The notes under the pieces: model-generated
Told to the model about the DNA's origin: nothing
Seen by the model: the letters and a program-made list of their open reading frames with translations, nothing else
The model's database searches: none
Made by a program: the position numbers and the translations under genes
Source: Bigelowiella natans CCMP2755
Lineage: Eukaryota > Protista > Cercozoa
Length of the DNA: 64,000 bases
Direction of reading: 5' to 3'
Assembly: GCA_000320545.1 (NCBI GenBank)
Contig: ADNK01000266.1
Location: 62,001-126,000, forward strand
In this document: in pieces, positions 31,982 through 45,009 of the stretch
How the letters are laid out: every line of letters begins with the position of its first letter
How positions within the stretch are numbered: position 1 is the first letter of the stretch

Positions 31982-33507
31982 TCATGCAAATTTCCTTTCT
32001 CTTTCGTATTCCACCAGTGCTTTCCGCATCCCAGTGTTCAGTCGACACATGCTTCGACTAGCCTGAAGTCCAAAATTCACGGTATTATACTTTACGAGTC
32101 CCTCAATCTACTACCATCGCCACTACTGCTACTACTACAACTAGCACTACTACTAGTAGTGGTTTTACCTTTACTGCAGCAAAAGCCTCAAGAACTCCGG
32201 GACGTTTTTGCATGCCATAAATGCATGCTGAGGCAACAGTTGCACTACGACCAACGCCATATGCGCAATGAATCAGAACGGCGCCTTTCAGGATGTTCTC
32301 CTGTAATATAGATTCCTGTCAGTTCATTTCACCCCTATCATCCTAACTCCAGGTAACCTTTACAAAATCTACAGCATGATCGAATTGCTCCAACGTTGGT
32401 GGATTGCCATCATGTACAGGCAGATTGAGGTATCGTTTGCAGTCACATAGTTCCTTTAATATTGTACAACTGCGTTACAAGGAGAAACTTATTAATTCTG
32501 TCATGAATCATTACAGAGAATTCTGCAGTCAGGTCGACAACAGCCTCCCAACGAAAATTGCCACCGTCGGCGATCTCCTGGATTTAGATAATTTTCGTTA
32601 TACCTCAAATGATGTAGGCTATGATTTGATTGTTGTAAACTTAACCTGTGAGAAAAGTGATCCGACGTACAGATTATCAAGAATCTTATTTGCGGGAGGA
32701 TTCCCTTGAAGTATTATAGACAAATTTTAGATTTTCCAAAAAGTTCCATATTAAACTACCTTTAATATTTTTCTCGATTCCATATTTCATCCGAACTAGA
32801 ATATGATTCAGCTAAACATAACACAGTTTTAGATTTGGCAACCTAAATGAAGCTGGTAAATTTGTTACAGTGTGGAAGGGGAAGAAAAGGATGAGAGACC
32901 ACAAGGGAAGCTGGCCAGTCTTCGAATTCTTCCCCAAAATTTCGTTTCCAACGTGAAGCATTCCCAGCACCCCAATAGTAATGTATAACACGCTGAACGA
33001 AGTGCATACCAAATGTATTCGAACGTCAAAACAATGGGGTATGACTAAACCTTGAGTACAAGCAAGTAATGAAGATTGCAGCCTGCCAGGAAGCGGGGTC
33101 AAGTTCAACGAAGCTAGTCCTTCTCATAACCCTGGAATGACATCGTTGATGCTTCAGGGTCAAAACTATAACTTATGCAATGTATGTGGGTACCATATTC
33201 CAAGTCCTATGCCAAGGAGAAGGTGACGTGGCCACACAGCCATGATCGAGGGAGCAGTTCCGAATGGAAGCCTGTCTTGCAGGAGTGTTACCCGAGTTTG
33301 CTCATGTCGACTACTGTTACTGCTACTACTTACTACTACTACTTTAGAATTTATACGAAGTTTCCGGTTCAAAAACTTGCCAACATTAGCGTTGACCTGA
33401 AACAAAAGCAAATATGAAAACGGAAGCACTTTGGCCCTGACGACAAAGAACACCACAGTGTCACCTAAAGCTGAGTCTGTAGAAGGTCTTCTTCTGTTTT
33501 CAACCAT
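31982..33507 (-). CDS. Dual-specificity phosphatase with an N-terminal membrane region (YnbD C-terminal-domain/plant DSP-like), multi-exon
   Basis: Exons read LGKNSKTGQLPLWSLILFFPF, NKILDNLYVGSLFS, AVVDLTAEF, YLNLPVHDGNPPT, VLIHCAYGVGRSAT (32244-32270) and RLNTGMRKALVEY. TGA at 31982. Confidence 0.85.
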
Positions 33508-33734
33508 AGATCCTTGTCGCACATGGAAAATCACATGTATTTGTGGTTTACGTTACTGGATTCTGACTTGCCAGACAGAGCATGATGGGACGAAGCGGAC
33601 GACGAACTTGAGAGTAGCAAAGATATTCGCTCAAGCCTGCCGCCCCTGCTGCTGCGGTTTTCCAAGGGGCTTTAATTGAAAAACCTGTGAGTGCCTGTGT
33701 AAGTATCCAGGGAGATGGGGGGAGTAGTTCCAAA

Positions 33735-34835
33735 ATGCCCTACAATTCTCCACAAGAGTGCTCGTCCGATGGTAATCAGACTAAAGATGGCGGCGGTGGT
33801 GGTGGTAGTGGTGTGGTCATGGAGGTATGGAAGGCAAGAATAACATTAACTTCTTTCAGGCAACTTACACTACTGCGGAAATTGAGGCGGCAATTCGTCG
33901 ATTCTCAAAGCTTTCAGATTCTGATGCCACGTAATGAGTTCCCACCCCGACGATTTGATGATAACAATTGATAACAAGGCCATTGACCTACAGATTTGGG
34001 GGCGGCGTAAATAAGAAAACTTTCTCCAAGATCCTTTCTCACTTGGTATGGCTATCTTTATCAATACTTCTATTTTACATTTTTCTGTAGATTGACATAA
34101 GCTTTTAAGGCCTGAGTATCTTATCGTATCTAATTGTCACTATTTTCGGTTATTCGTCTATTGTTCCCTAATGTAGCATCCAGACGAGGTGGGGCCTCTT
34201 TGGACGCAATGCGTCAGTTGGAGATACACACCCGAAGGTATTTACTATTTTTGTTTTAAATTTTAGGAGTATTACTGAATCTTGATCTTAATTAGGACGG
34301 TTACGAAGGCAGTTCAAAAAGGGGGGCGGTGAGTTACTATTTCCTTCTTACTTCCTCATTCAGCTCATAGATCGTGGAAAAGAGATTGTATTGTATGTTA
34401 TCTTATTCTAATAGATGCCTCCCCGGCTACAAGCCCTAAAACGGCTCAACCCTCTACGAAAAGTCCAAAAAACACAAAATCCCCGACGACGAGAGCCGGT
34501 ATGATCTATGTATCTTATACATATTCTGTAAAAGCAATAACAACAATTGACCTTCAATAAATTGTCGTTACCCAATCAGCGGAATCCTTCAAAAAATTTG
34601 GGAAAATGACTAGACCAGAGAGGCGGGCCAGTCGCAAACTAAGGAGGTAATGAACTGTTGATTGGTATAGCCATCAGATCATAAATCCTCATATTACGTC
34701 TCTTTTCATTCAGTGGGGAAGAGAAGAAAATAAAAAGCACCGCTTCTGAAAAGGCAAATATGATAGGTACACGTTTTAGCCAGATGAGATGCACTGCGTA
34801 AGGAGTAGTAGTTTGGAAGAAGGAATTGATTGTCA

Positions 34836-34870
<35 letters not shown>

Positions 34871-35329
34871 TACCGTTCATCAGAGATATTGTGCGGTCTT
34901 GCCATACTCTCCAATGGAATGTTTGACGACAAACTCAAGTAATAATCACAACTACTCAGCTAATCATTGATGGTTACGATGATGACGATGATGATGATGA
35001 CAACGATGATGATAGTGTTGATACTCGTAGAAAATATTGCCAGATAAATGCCATCCGCTCTCTGACATGACGAGCGAGCATGTTTGCATATAGTTATAGT
35101 TGTACTACTACTACTACTAGTAGTAGTAGTAGTAATAGCAGCAGCAAAATTTATTGTAGTAGAAGAAGGAGCTCCTCAAAATCACTAGTACCCAGCATTT
35201 ATGTATTCACGATATGTTCCAAACACGCACGTAAATTTGTGCATACGCACAACACGCACACGAAGAGAGAGAAGGAGAGAGGGGGGGAAGGGGGGGGGAG
35301 AGCGAAGGAGAAAACACACACACACACAC

Positions 35330-35374
<45 letters not shown>

Positions 35375-36086
35375 GTACATACCAAAGGTGTATCTACAAT
35401 CTATTCGACTTTAACGAAGATGACCAACTTCAGAAGGATGAGTTCGCAATGCTCTTGAGGTAATAACATAGTTGTTGTATTTGTAGTAGTAGTAGTTGTA
35501 GTTGTTGTTGTAGCAGTATCACATTGTACGCTACAACATAATAACATAAGTTGGTAGTGATGATGATGAAACCCGTTATTAGCTGAGATGAAGTCCATAT
35601 CTGATTTCAACCACCAGATTGATGCACTGCAGCTTAGCTTACCCCTGTCCTCCTCTTTCTATGTTTCCTGCTCTGTTGTTTCATTATCATCAATCATCAT
35701 CGTCACGAATCATCATCAATATCATCATCGTTAGGTCCTGTCTTGTTATACTCTCAAAATTCACCATGGAGGTGTTTGTTCAGCGAAGAGGGAGGAGGAG
35801 GGGAAAGGAGAGGGGGGGGGAAAGGGGAGGAAGAGGAGCAAGCTATGAAGATGCTCATATTTTTGTCGTTAGTAGTGGTGGTTGCGGTGGCAACAACAGG
35901 CAAATGCGAAGATGATCGGTCCTTTGTTCAATGTTCTCTTCCTCCTTCTTCATGATTCTACAACGCTCTCTCGTATCAACAATCTCAAATTATGTGCATT
36001 TTTTTTTTATGCAACAAAACAATGATAAGGACCTTCTCCCAACCAGGGATTCTATACAAAAATTTACAAAGGTAGTAGAAGTAGTT

Positions 36087-36119
<33 letters not shown>

Positions 36120-36567
36120 ATGTTAGTTAAAGATGAATAAAGAGAAACAAAGAGGAAGGGAGAGCGAAATGTTAATGAGAAAGGATGATTCTCATGGCAA
36201 TGATCATTGGCACAACACATTTTAAATATTAGAACATGTCCTCTCTCACATTTTGAAACAAGTTCCCGTACGTCTCCTTAACTTACTTATTTGACCACAC
36301 AAAGGAGCAATTTGAAATTGCTGATGCATCGGATGTAAAGGATTCAACTGTAAGCTTTAAAGAATTGCGAAGATTCGTTCTCAGAAGTCCCATTGCAACT
36401 GGGTGGGTCATGATGCATTATAGCAGCAGCAGCAGCAGCCAAAAATAAATAAACAGAATATCTTTTCTCTTATTCCTTTGAAGGCTGCTGTTTTCTCAAG
36501 AAGCAGTGCATGCATTTATGTCGTATAGAGGATGATGATAACCATTTTAAATATATGAACAAATGAG

Positions 36568-36647
<80 letters not shown>

Positions 36648-37231
36648 ACGCATACACATACACTTGTATTTTTCATTCATTCATCCATTGATTTTTTCCC
36701 TTCGTAGTCCCCATCATTATTAATTATGATGATGATCATCTTCATCATCATCTTCATCATCATCATCATCATCACCACCATCTCAGATACATGATTCAAT
36801 ATGGAACATCCGACACACACAAAGTAAATATGAAGGCCAAGGTAGTAACCAACCAATCCCCCACTGATTCATTCCCTGAGACATACCAATATATCCGTGC
36901 ACCGATGTTGTTTGCAAGCCCACACGACGAGCTTCCTTCTTCTTCTTCTTCTTCTTCTTCTTCTTCTTCTTCTTGTGGTGCTGCTATGTGTCTCGTAGAT
37001 ACAGCAGGATAGAAAATATGACCACACTGCATCTCGAAGAGGTTCAAGGCTGCCGTCGGTCGTTAGCAAGAACATTAGGAGCCCCAAGGGAGCAGGAGGA
37101 TTGGGGGGGGGGAAGTTACGAGGTTTGTCAAGCGAGAGAAAGAGAGATTGAATGGATGGATGCTTGCATCGTCATGTAATCAGCCTCACATTGTCATATA
37201 ATCCTATCATTAGTTATTATCATTAGTTTAA

Positions 37232-37264
<33 letters not shown>

Positions 37265-37447
37265 CATCGCTAATATTACATGAGCAAGCAAAGACACAGC
37301 ACTTGTAGTATGTGCCTACGTGGAGACGTAATAGACATTTTCTTATCATCTCGCATTCAAACTGTCACTTTAATGATAGGATCTCGGAGAAGTTTGCCAA
37401 AGATTAATAATATGGCTATGGGAAAGCGGTAGTAGTAGTATTAGTAT

Positions 37448-37481
<34 letters not shown>

Positions 37482-37981
37482 CATCGGCCTCGTAGTGGAA
37501 GAAGAAGAAGTATTAGTAAGAAACAACTACACTGATTCGTTACCATGTGAAAGGCAGCTCATTGTATCTCCTTACTACTTTGCATTTGACATCATTCGCT
37601 CAGTGAGAGTTCCGCACCATATTATAGCAGTAGTAGCAATAATAGTAATATCGATTCATCTCTTCACATTTATCATCGTTCCTATGATTGGTCTCGTTGG
37701 AAGGACGATAGCATGTTGTTTATTATTGCCCTCCCTTCCCCTCCTCCTCTGTAAATAAATGAATATGAGCAGTTCTTCGATAAAACGCGGTGGTGGCGTC
37801 GTTCAGGTAATGGCTATCCTCTTCCAATCGTTATCATCATCAACATCATCATCAAATCTTCTACACAGAATATCAAGCAGCACACGGAGAACATGGAGAA
37901 ATCTGTATCTGCCTTGTCATCATCAGGAATCCCTCAGGCCAAGGTCCTGCACTCTCTCTCTCTCTCACACCACACACACAC

Positions 37982-38045
<64 letters not shown>

Positions 38046-38162
38046 GAGAACTCAGATAGGCAGTAAGCATACAAGATTCCTTTCATTCTACAATTTAGTC
38101 GTTGAACGTAGCAACGGTTTTTGGTACGATCGATGATGGACGTTGCTTTTTCAATATATTAA

Positions 38163-38205
<43 letters not shown>

Positions 38206-38209
38206 TTAA

Positions 38210-38253
<44 letters not shown>

Positions 38254-39515
38254 GTGATATATCATCAGCTTATGGAGCTTCGAAACTTCTTCATTGGGCT
38301 TGATAAAAACGGTATAATATTGATTATAATACAAATATAAGTTCATAATCGCACTCGAGAATGAGGGGTGGGGGAGCAGGATTCATCGATTCCTCTTCTA
38401 AATTCAAGATACTAGTCAAATGATCGCTGCATTTGATAATGCTTGTGAGGATTATATGTTTGTTGTCAAAAGGTGACGGCTCTATATCCTGCGAAGAGCT
38501 CGAAAAAGCGATGCAGGAAAATTCTCTCTCGGTACATTCCCTCCCCAGATGTTCTCACAGATGAGCCTTCTCCACGCTGACAATCTCCCCTCCCCCCTCC
38601 TTGATGTTATTATTCATCATGCAGAACCACCATGTAGATGCCCACAGCGCAGATGGAAAAGAACAGTCAGTAGCACGGAGAACACTCAATACAAATAATC
38701 ATATCAAATCTTTCACCTCATTGATTATATGTGCTGCTACAAATGAAAGACAAGAAGTAAAATGGGAACAGATGGCGTCTCTCCATCTACCCCCCCTCCC
38801 CCGCTTTGCCTGCGAGAGATCAATGAATTGAATTTTCTAAGAGTTGGACTTATGATAGTATTTGTTCACTGTGTAACTTAACAGAGCACGCAGCACATTT
38901 TACTAAACAACCGAACAACTCGTAGGAATAGTAGTAACAGCAACATTAATCAACATAGGGTTACGTTTATCGAATTTCTCCAAATATGCTTCCCCGACAA
39001 GGTAGTAATGATGATCATCATGGTAGAGAAAAGGGGACAGTGAAAAGAGTTACGCGATCATCATTATCGTCGTATCGTAGTTATTGTTACTTTATCACCA
39101 TCATCATCATCATCAACAACAACATCACGATGATCTAACCGCACCCATCAGTCCACGCACACCCTCAAGCAAGTTGCATTAGCATTTGAATCGAGGAAAC
39201 CAGAGGTGCACAAACGTTGTTGTTGTTGTTGTTGCTGCTGCTGCTGCTATGGTGGTGGTTGTGGTGGTGACGCGATCATATAGCCAGCAATAGTAAGCAC
39301 GCAAGGAAGATATAGATGCTCAAGTGTTTCCTCCTCCTCTTCTTCTTCCCGACACTAGATTTGGCTAGCGACCTAATATGTGAGTTGTTCTTGTTGTTAT
39401 ATGTTGTTGTTTGATATTCACTTAGCATCAGGACGTGAGAAGGGCATGCGCGATCTTCGATATGGTTGACGCCAAGAGAGGGTACTACTACTACCACTAC
39501 TACTACAGCAGACAC

Positions 39516-39546
<31 letters not shown>

Positions 39547-40961
39547 GTGATGATGATTATTGCAGATAGAGCAATAGCAAAAGCAATGTCCGATCATGGC
39601 TGTACGCCGTTATGATCCTGATGCATCATGTGGAATCATTGCTTGATAGGAGGGGGGGGCTAAATTTGTTCATTCCTTTAACTGTGACCTAGCTTATCTT
39701 AACTGTGATGTACCTTATCCGCAACCCCCCCCCCCCCCCCCCTCCCCCCTTACCCCTTCGTTTCTCCTACCACCTCATGAACAACCAATTGTGATGACTG
39801 AATGAGTGCTGATTGTTGCACAGGTTTAAGGGGTTGGTCAAAGTGAAGGAGTTCCTTAAGGAAATAAACGAGTGCAAAGCTCTAAGTCGGTTCCTGCAGA
39901 TCAAGGCTGTGAAGCAGTACATAGCTCGAAAGGCGAAAAAGTTCAAGAATAATAAAATTGATCTGTATCAGGTGCCTTTAATTCTTAGTGTGTCGCTAGA
40001 TTAGCCAGCATGATATCAGTAGCAGCAGCACAGCAGCATCACCACTATCATCATCATCATCATTATCATCACCATCATCATCACCATCATCATCACCATC
40101 ATCATCATCATGTAACAGAACACATTCATAAATGGACATACGCAATTGCGCATGATTTATATCTATTTCTCTGTACGTCTTCTTCGCTCTCACCTTCCCC
40201 ATCCCCTCCCCCCCCTCTCTCTTTCATTTTCTTTCTTTCTATCCAGGCGATGTCTCTAATATTCTGTAAGACAATCTCCCAACCTATATTAGAAAGGCTC
40301 GTCAAAAAGGTCAATGAGTGAGTAAGAAGAAGAAGCAGGAAAAATTGAAACAAAACAACAGAATTGCTATCCCCCTCCTCCTCCTCCACCTCCTCCTCCT
40401 ACACTTCACAGTAGCAATGATTCCGACTATTATACGAGTAGCATATCTCTAATTAAGTATGCATATGGTGTGAGGAAGAAATCTATCACCACTTCAGCAA
40501 TACGAGGATGTGACAGAACGATGATCTTTATGTATGTGAAATGATAATAGGTAAAGCAGAGTATCAGTGCTTTTGGTGAGGAAGAAATGTCGCATCTGAA
40601 GGAGGGGTACATGGCTATAGACGTGGTCAGTGCTCATCGTGTAATTTCATGTGCCAAATATCATCCATTGATGAGGAAAATAACACAACAAGTACTCTGC
40701 TGCACACACCTTTGATGAATAATCTCTCATGAAGCCTGTCTTCGTTTCGTCACCCAGAATGGTGATGGGATCTTGTCGAGGGAGGAGTTCAAGGCTTTTT
40801 TGACGAAGAGAGGTGGTGAATACTCCGTTGTGCGTTGTCCTTTCTTGTGTGTCTCAGCGATGATAACTCTAAAGTGAGAAGAAGAAGGAGAAAAAGAAGA
40901 AGAAGAAGAAGATATTTTTTGCAGTATGCGGACACACACACACACACACACACCACGCGAA

Positions 40962-40993
<32 letters not shown>

Positions 40994-41494
40994 ACGCGCT
41001 AACTTGTTTACAACTAAATGAATTTAACCTCCACACATTTAGTATCACCCAAAGGCACAGAACACCAAGCAAACAAGCTGAATGATGTGACAACTTATAG
41101 GTGTATTCCCAGAGGACTGCGACAAAATGTATGATATTGCTGATGTGAGCAGGGTAAGAACATATCAGCCGTGGCTTTTTCTGAGTATATATTCAAGCAT
41201 TCTCTCACATCATATATGTTACTCCCATTTCTATAAATGCAAGTCAAGTGAATGAACCACGTTTTGATTTTTCGGATTCAGGACGGTGAACTTCATTTCC
41301 AGGAGTTTTGTCTTCTCTATGCGACAAAGATGAAGGTGCTTTCCCCCAACACATTTTCGAAATTTACAATCGTCATGGTGACAATTGGCATCCTTCATTC
41401 TTACATATAATGCTTGAACTGTGTTCAGCACATCTACAAAACCGAATACGGATATGGCACGAACGATGGCTTGTCCGACACAAGGTATCTTGTT

Positions 41495-41546
<52 letters not shown>

Positions 41547-41635
41547 TGTGTGCTTTCACTTGAGGAGGAAAATGCTTCCTAGGAATATGTAGATTGCAAC
41601 GCTCAAAGCGTGGTGCGTACGAATTTGAAACTTGA
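33735..41635 (+). CDS. Multi-EF-hand calcium-binding protein, highly intron-rich (possibly two genes)
   Basis: Exons include LFDFNEDDQLQKDEF (about 35400), GDGSISCEEL (about 38475), NGDGILSREEF (about 40760) and MYDIADVSR|DGELHFQEF (41125-41310). The last exon ends at TGA 41633-41635. The start and middle exons are uncertain. Confidence 0.65.
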
Positions 41636-41782
41636 GATATTGAAATTTCGTCGATAATTCAGGACTCTCTCGGATGAGTTTGTACCTCCACGACATCAAT
41701 CAGTTTAAAGATGGCAACAATCGAATACTGTTCTGACTGTATGGCGATGGGTGTAATGAAATAATTACATAATTTCAATAGT

Positions 41783-41880
41783 GATCCTAATGTAGCTATG
41801 TAAAGCGGCGGCAACAGCGCTAAGATTGTGTTTATTTGTTTCGGCAATTATTATGTGCTTCATGCTTGCAAGTTCTGCAT
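41783..41880 (+). repeat. Copy of a dispersed degenerate intergenic repeat (core TCATCCTAATGTAGCTATGCAAAGCAGCGG)
   Basis: Related copies at 30338-30420 (+), 24061-24157 (-), 7433-7457 (+) and 52763-52785 (-). Confidence 0.7.
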
Positions 41881-42840
41881 TGTCGTTGCGCCCGCGACGT
41901 GCCGCGCGCGCGCGGGCGAACGTGTTTGTAAGTGTTCCTTGGTTGTTTACCTTCTTGGTGTCAACATTCCTGTAGAAGTCGACGATCACAGTGAAGTATT
42001 TTGTCAGTGTCTTTTTACTGGTTGGCGCAGTACCTAGGCATGTTGACTTACTGCCTTTATTGCTCATGGTGCTTGATTCATCTCTACATCTCTGCCTATA
42101 GCTATACCTGTGTAATTGCCATGCGTGCGATGCCTAGCATGATTGCTACATCGATGTATCAGCCAGGTCAGCAGCCGTGCATGCGCAACACATGTAACAT
42201 TCCATTAGGCCACCAAGCTTGGGAATGACACAGTCACATCGCGCACACTACAGCGTAGCGTGCGCGTGCCACGCACGGCGACGATGTCATGTACACATCG
42301 ATCTATCTAGCTAGATGCATGTGCGACACTGCGCCACTACTAGCCTGCTAATAACAACTATACGTAAAGCTGCACGTAACGTGTACGTGCTGGCGTGGAC
42401 AAGCCTTGACCCCCTGTATGTCTACTAGCTGTCCCGCGATCTGATATGGCGTGCACTGTCGATGATCAGGCTAGCAGGCTCTACTAGTCTAGTCTAGTAG
42501 CCACGACTGGCATCGCAACTCGTGGTGTGGTGACATGCCGCGACGCACACATGCTGCGCCAGAAGCCTAGATTTTATCATACTAGCATACTAGCATAGTC
42601 TCGTAGTGTCGCTGTATATGGAGCTGCCGCGCATGACAAAATTCAGCAATGGCGACGACATCGATAGCTAATTTTTGGATTGATATGTGGCAAATAAGCG
42701 AAGGATGTCTAGATGTGTGGTATTATGCTGATCGATATGATGATGATGATGATCTTCACATTGATTGTCTATCTATTTCTCCTGATATATTATGATGCAT
42801 GCATACAAGCAGGGTCCACCACCACCACCACTAAACTGAA

Positions 42841-44030
42841 TCAGTTCCAGTCGTCTTCCTCACTGTGGTTTGAGACTTGCCACTCAGGAGGAGTGGGCTC
42901 TGGTTCCAATGGCGCTGCCTGTTCAGCAATGGTGTTCTTCAGCATTTCCACAGCAAGCTTTACCTTCTCCGAATCGCCAACAATAGTGCACACACCGCTT
43001 CCGTTCTTGGGAGTAGTAATGCGTGTTTGCGTTGCCTTGGTAATTCTTCGGATATTTGAACCACCCTTTCCGATGATAGCAGGGACCATATCTGCTTCGA
43101 CTGGAAACTCGCATGTCACATAAGATGGGTGAGTCAGGGCACTGAACCCTTGTTTTGCAAGATCAAGCAGTGCTCCCTTTGCCTTTGCAACGCCTTCTGC
43201 TGGACCAATGATAGTAATGATCTTGGCATCATCGTCCTTTTCCAAAGAGGATACGCCGGTATCAGCTATGATTTGTCGGAAGTAATTTCCCTTAGAGCCC
43301 ATCATTTGACCGATCTTCTTGTCTGGGACTTCAACAACAGCGCTAGAGAATCCTGGATTTGTGTACTGAGAGAAACCCTGACCAAAATTAACAACGTTGT
43401 GGTGATGACAAGAAATGATGAGAAAAGAGTGAGCAAGTTCATCGATGATACTAGTTGTTGGGGTAGTGCGTGCTTTCGTATCATGCATTGTTTCTGAGAC
43501 TAACCTTTTCCATAAGTTCTCGTAGCGCATCTGCAGCTTTTTCACATTGTTCTTTCTGTCCATTAATTGTTACGACGTCGTGAATGCCACCCAACTTTGG
43601 GAGGATAATCTTCACCCCGAGTCTATCTTGAAGAGCGTTAATATTTGCGATTTTCTTGCCAAATACTCTCTTGCGCTGTGCAGAGGGTACTTTTACATAT
43701 ACCTGTGTCTGGTCTGCAGAAACAGACTGTCCAAACAATACCGAGTAGTAGTACAACAAATAATTAAGCGTCAAATTTCGGGCTTGGAAACCATCCATAG
43801 CATCACATCTAAAGAAGATTCTGTTTGCATTTGTATTATTATCAGGAAATTGACAGTAGTGGTTCAACCCACCTTTTTCCCTTCGTTGAGTGCCGCCTTT
43901 TTGTCAATCTGTGCTTGACGTCTAATATGTTCCTTTGGTTGCTGCCATCCTACCGATGAAGAAGAAGGAGCGATGAGAGGAGGAGAGAGCAGGAACGAGA
44001 ATTGGGAGTTGGAGGAGAGGGAAAAGTGGG

Positions 44031-44083
<53 letters not shown>

Positions 44084-45009
44084 CATGTAAAATTATATTA
44101 TTATAATTAAACCGTTAAAATATTTGTATTACTAAACCTTCTTCCTCCTCCTTCCTTCTTTTCTCATCCTCTAGAGCAGCAATACGTGACGCTTCATCAA
44201 CCTCAGCCTGAGCTCCACTCTCTTTCTTTTTCCTTTTTCTCAACTCCTGTCGTTTCTTCTTTTTTGCGAGTTTTTTAGCTTCAGCTGCAGCCTTTGCTTC
44301 AGCCGCTTTCTTTTCTTGCTCACGTTTTTTCCTGCGAGCCTTTTTTGCTTGGCTTTTACTCATGCCCCTAAATTCATCTTCTTCCTTCTCAGCTGCCGCG
44401 GGTTTGGCAGCTGCTGCCGCAGATACTTCGGGTGCCTTTTTCGCAGGCGCGGGCTTGGCATCGTCATAACTGCTACGCTTGTACTGCTTCTGATTTTTCC
44501 CAGCCTAAATAGTGATGGCGCATGAGTATTGATTGAAAACTCCAGATTTTATCATCACAGATTTTCGAATGGAATGAATTTCAAATCGAACTCAATTTAC
44601 ACATTAGTTGAATACGTTTTTCTTTTTCTTCTTTTTCTTTTTGCTGGTGGTTTGAACAACAGCCTCCTCTTCGTTGTCATCAAAGTCTTCTTCATCGTCC
44701 ACGTGGTCGCTGAAATCAACAAAATGACACACGCAGATGTTTATCGACTGATGGCTAATGGCCATTTATAGCACTAGCTCCTCTAGTGCTCGTAGAAATA
44801 ATTTAAATGATGCTATACACGTACTTTTGAGGAGTTTTCTGTCTTTTCCCTGAGCAGCTTTGCTTCGAGGCTATGTATCCAGCAATAGCAGACACCCCTC
44901 CAATCGCAAGGGAAACCGAGAGCTCCATCTTAGTAACGTGTCCAGTTACAAATCCAAGGGCCCCTGCAACTACAGGGGCCAAGTATGCGTCTGAATTGTC
45001 CTTGTCCAT
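42841..45009 (-). CDS. KH-domain RNA-binding protein (3 KH domains) with an N-terminal hydrophobic anchor and a Lys/Glu-rich helical region, multi-exon
   Basis: KH GxxG-type loops VFGKKIANI, MMGSKGNYF and IIGKGGSNIRRI. N-terminus YLAPVVAGALGFV..SLAIGGVSAIAGY. Charged region KKARRKKREQEKK. Confidence 0.75.
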
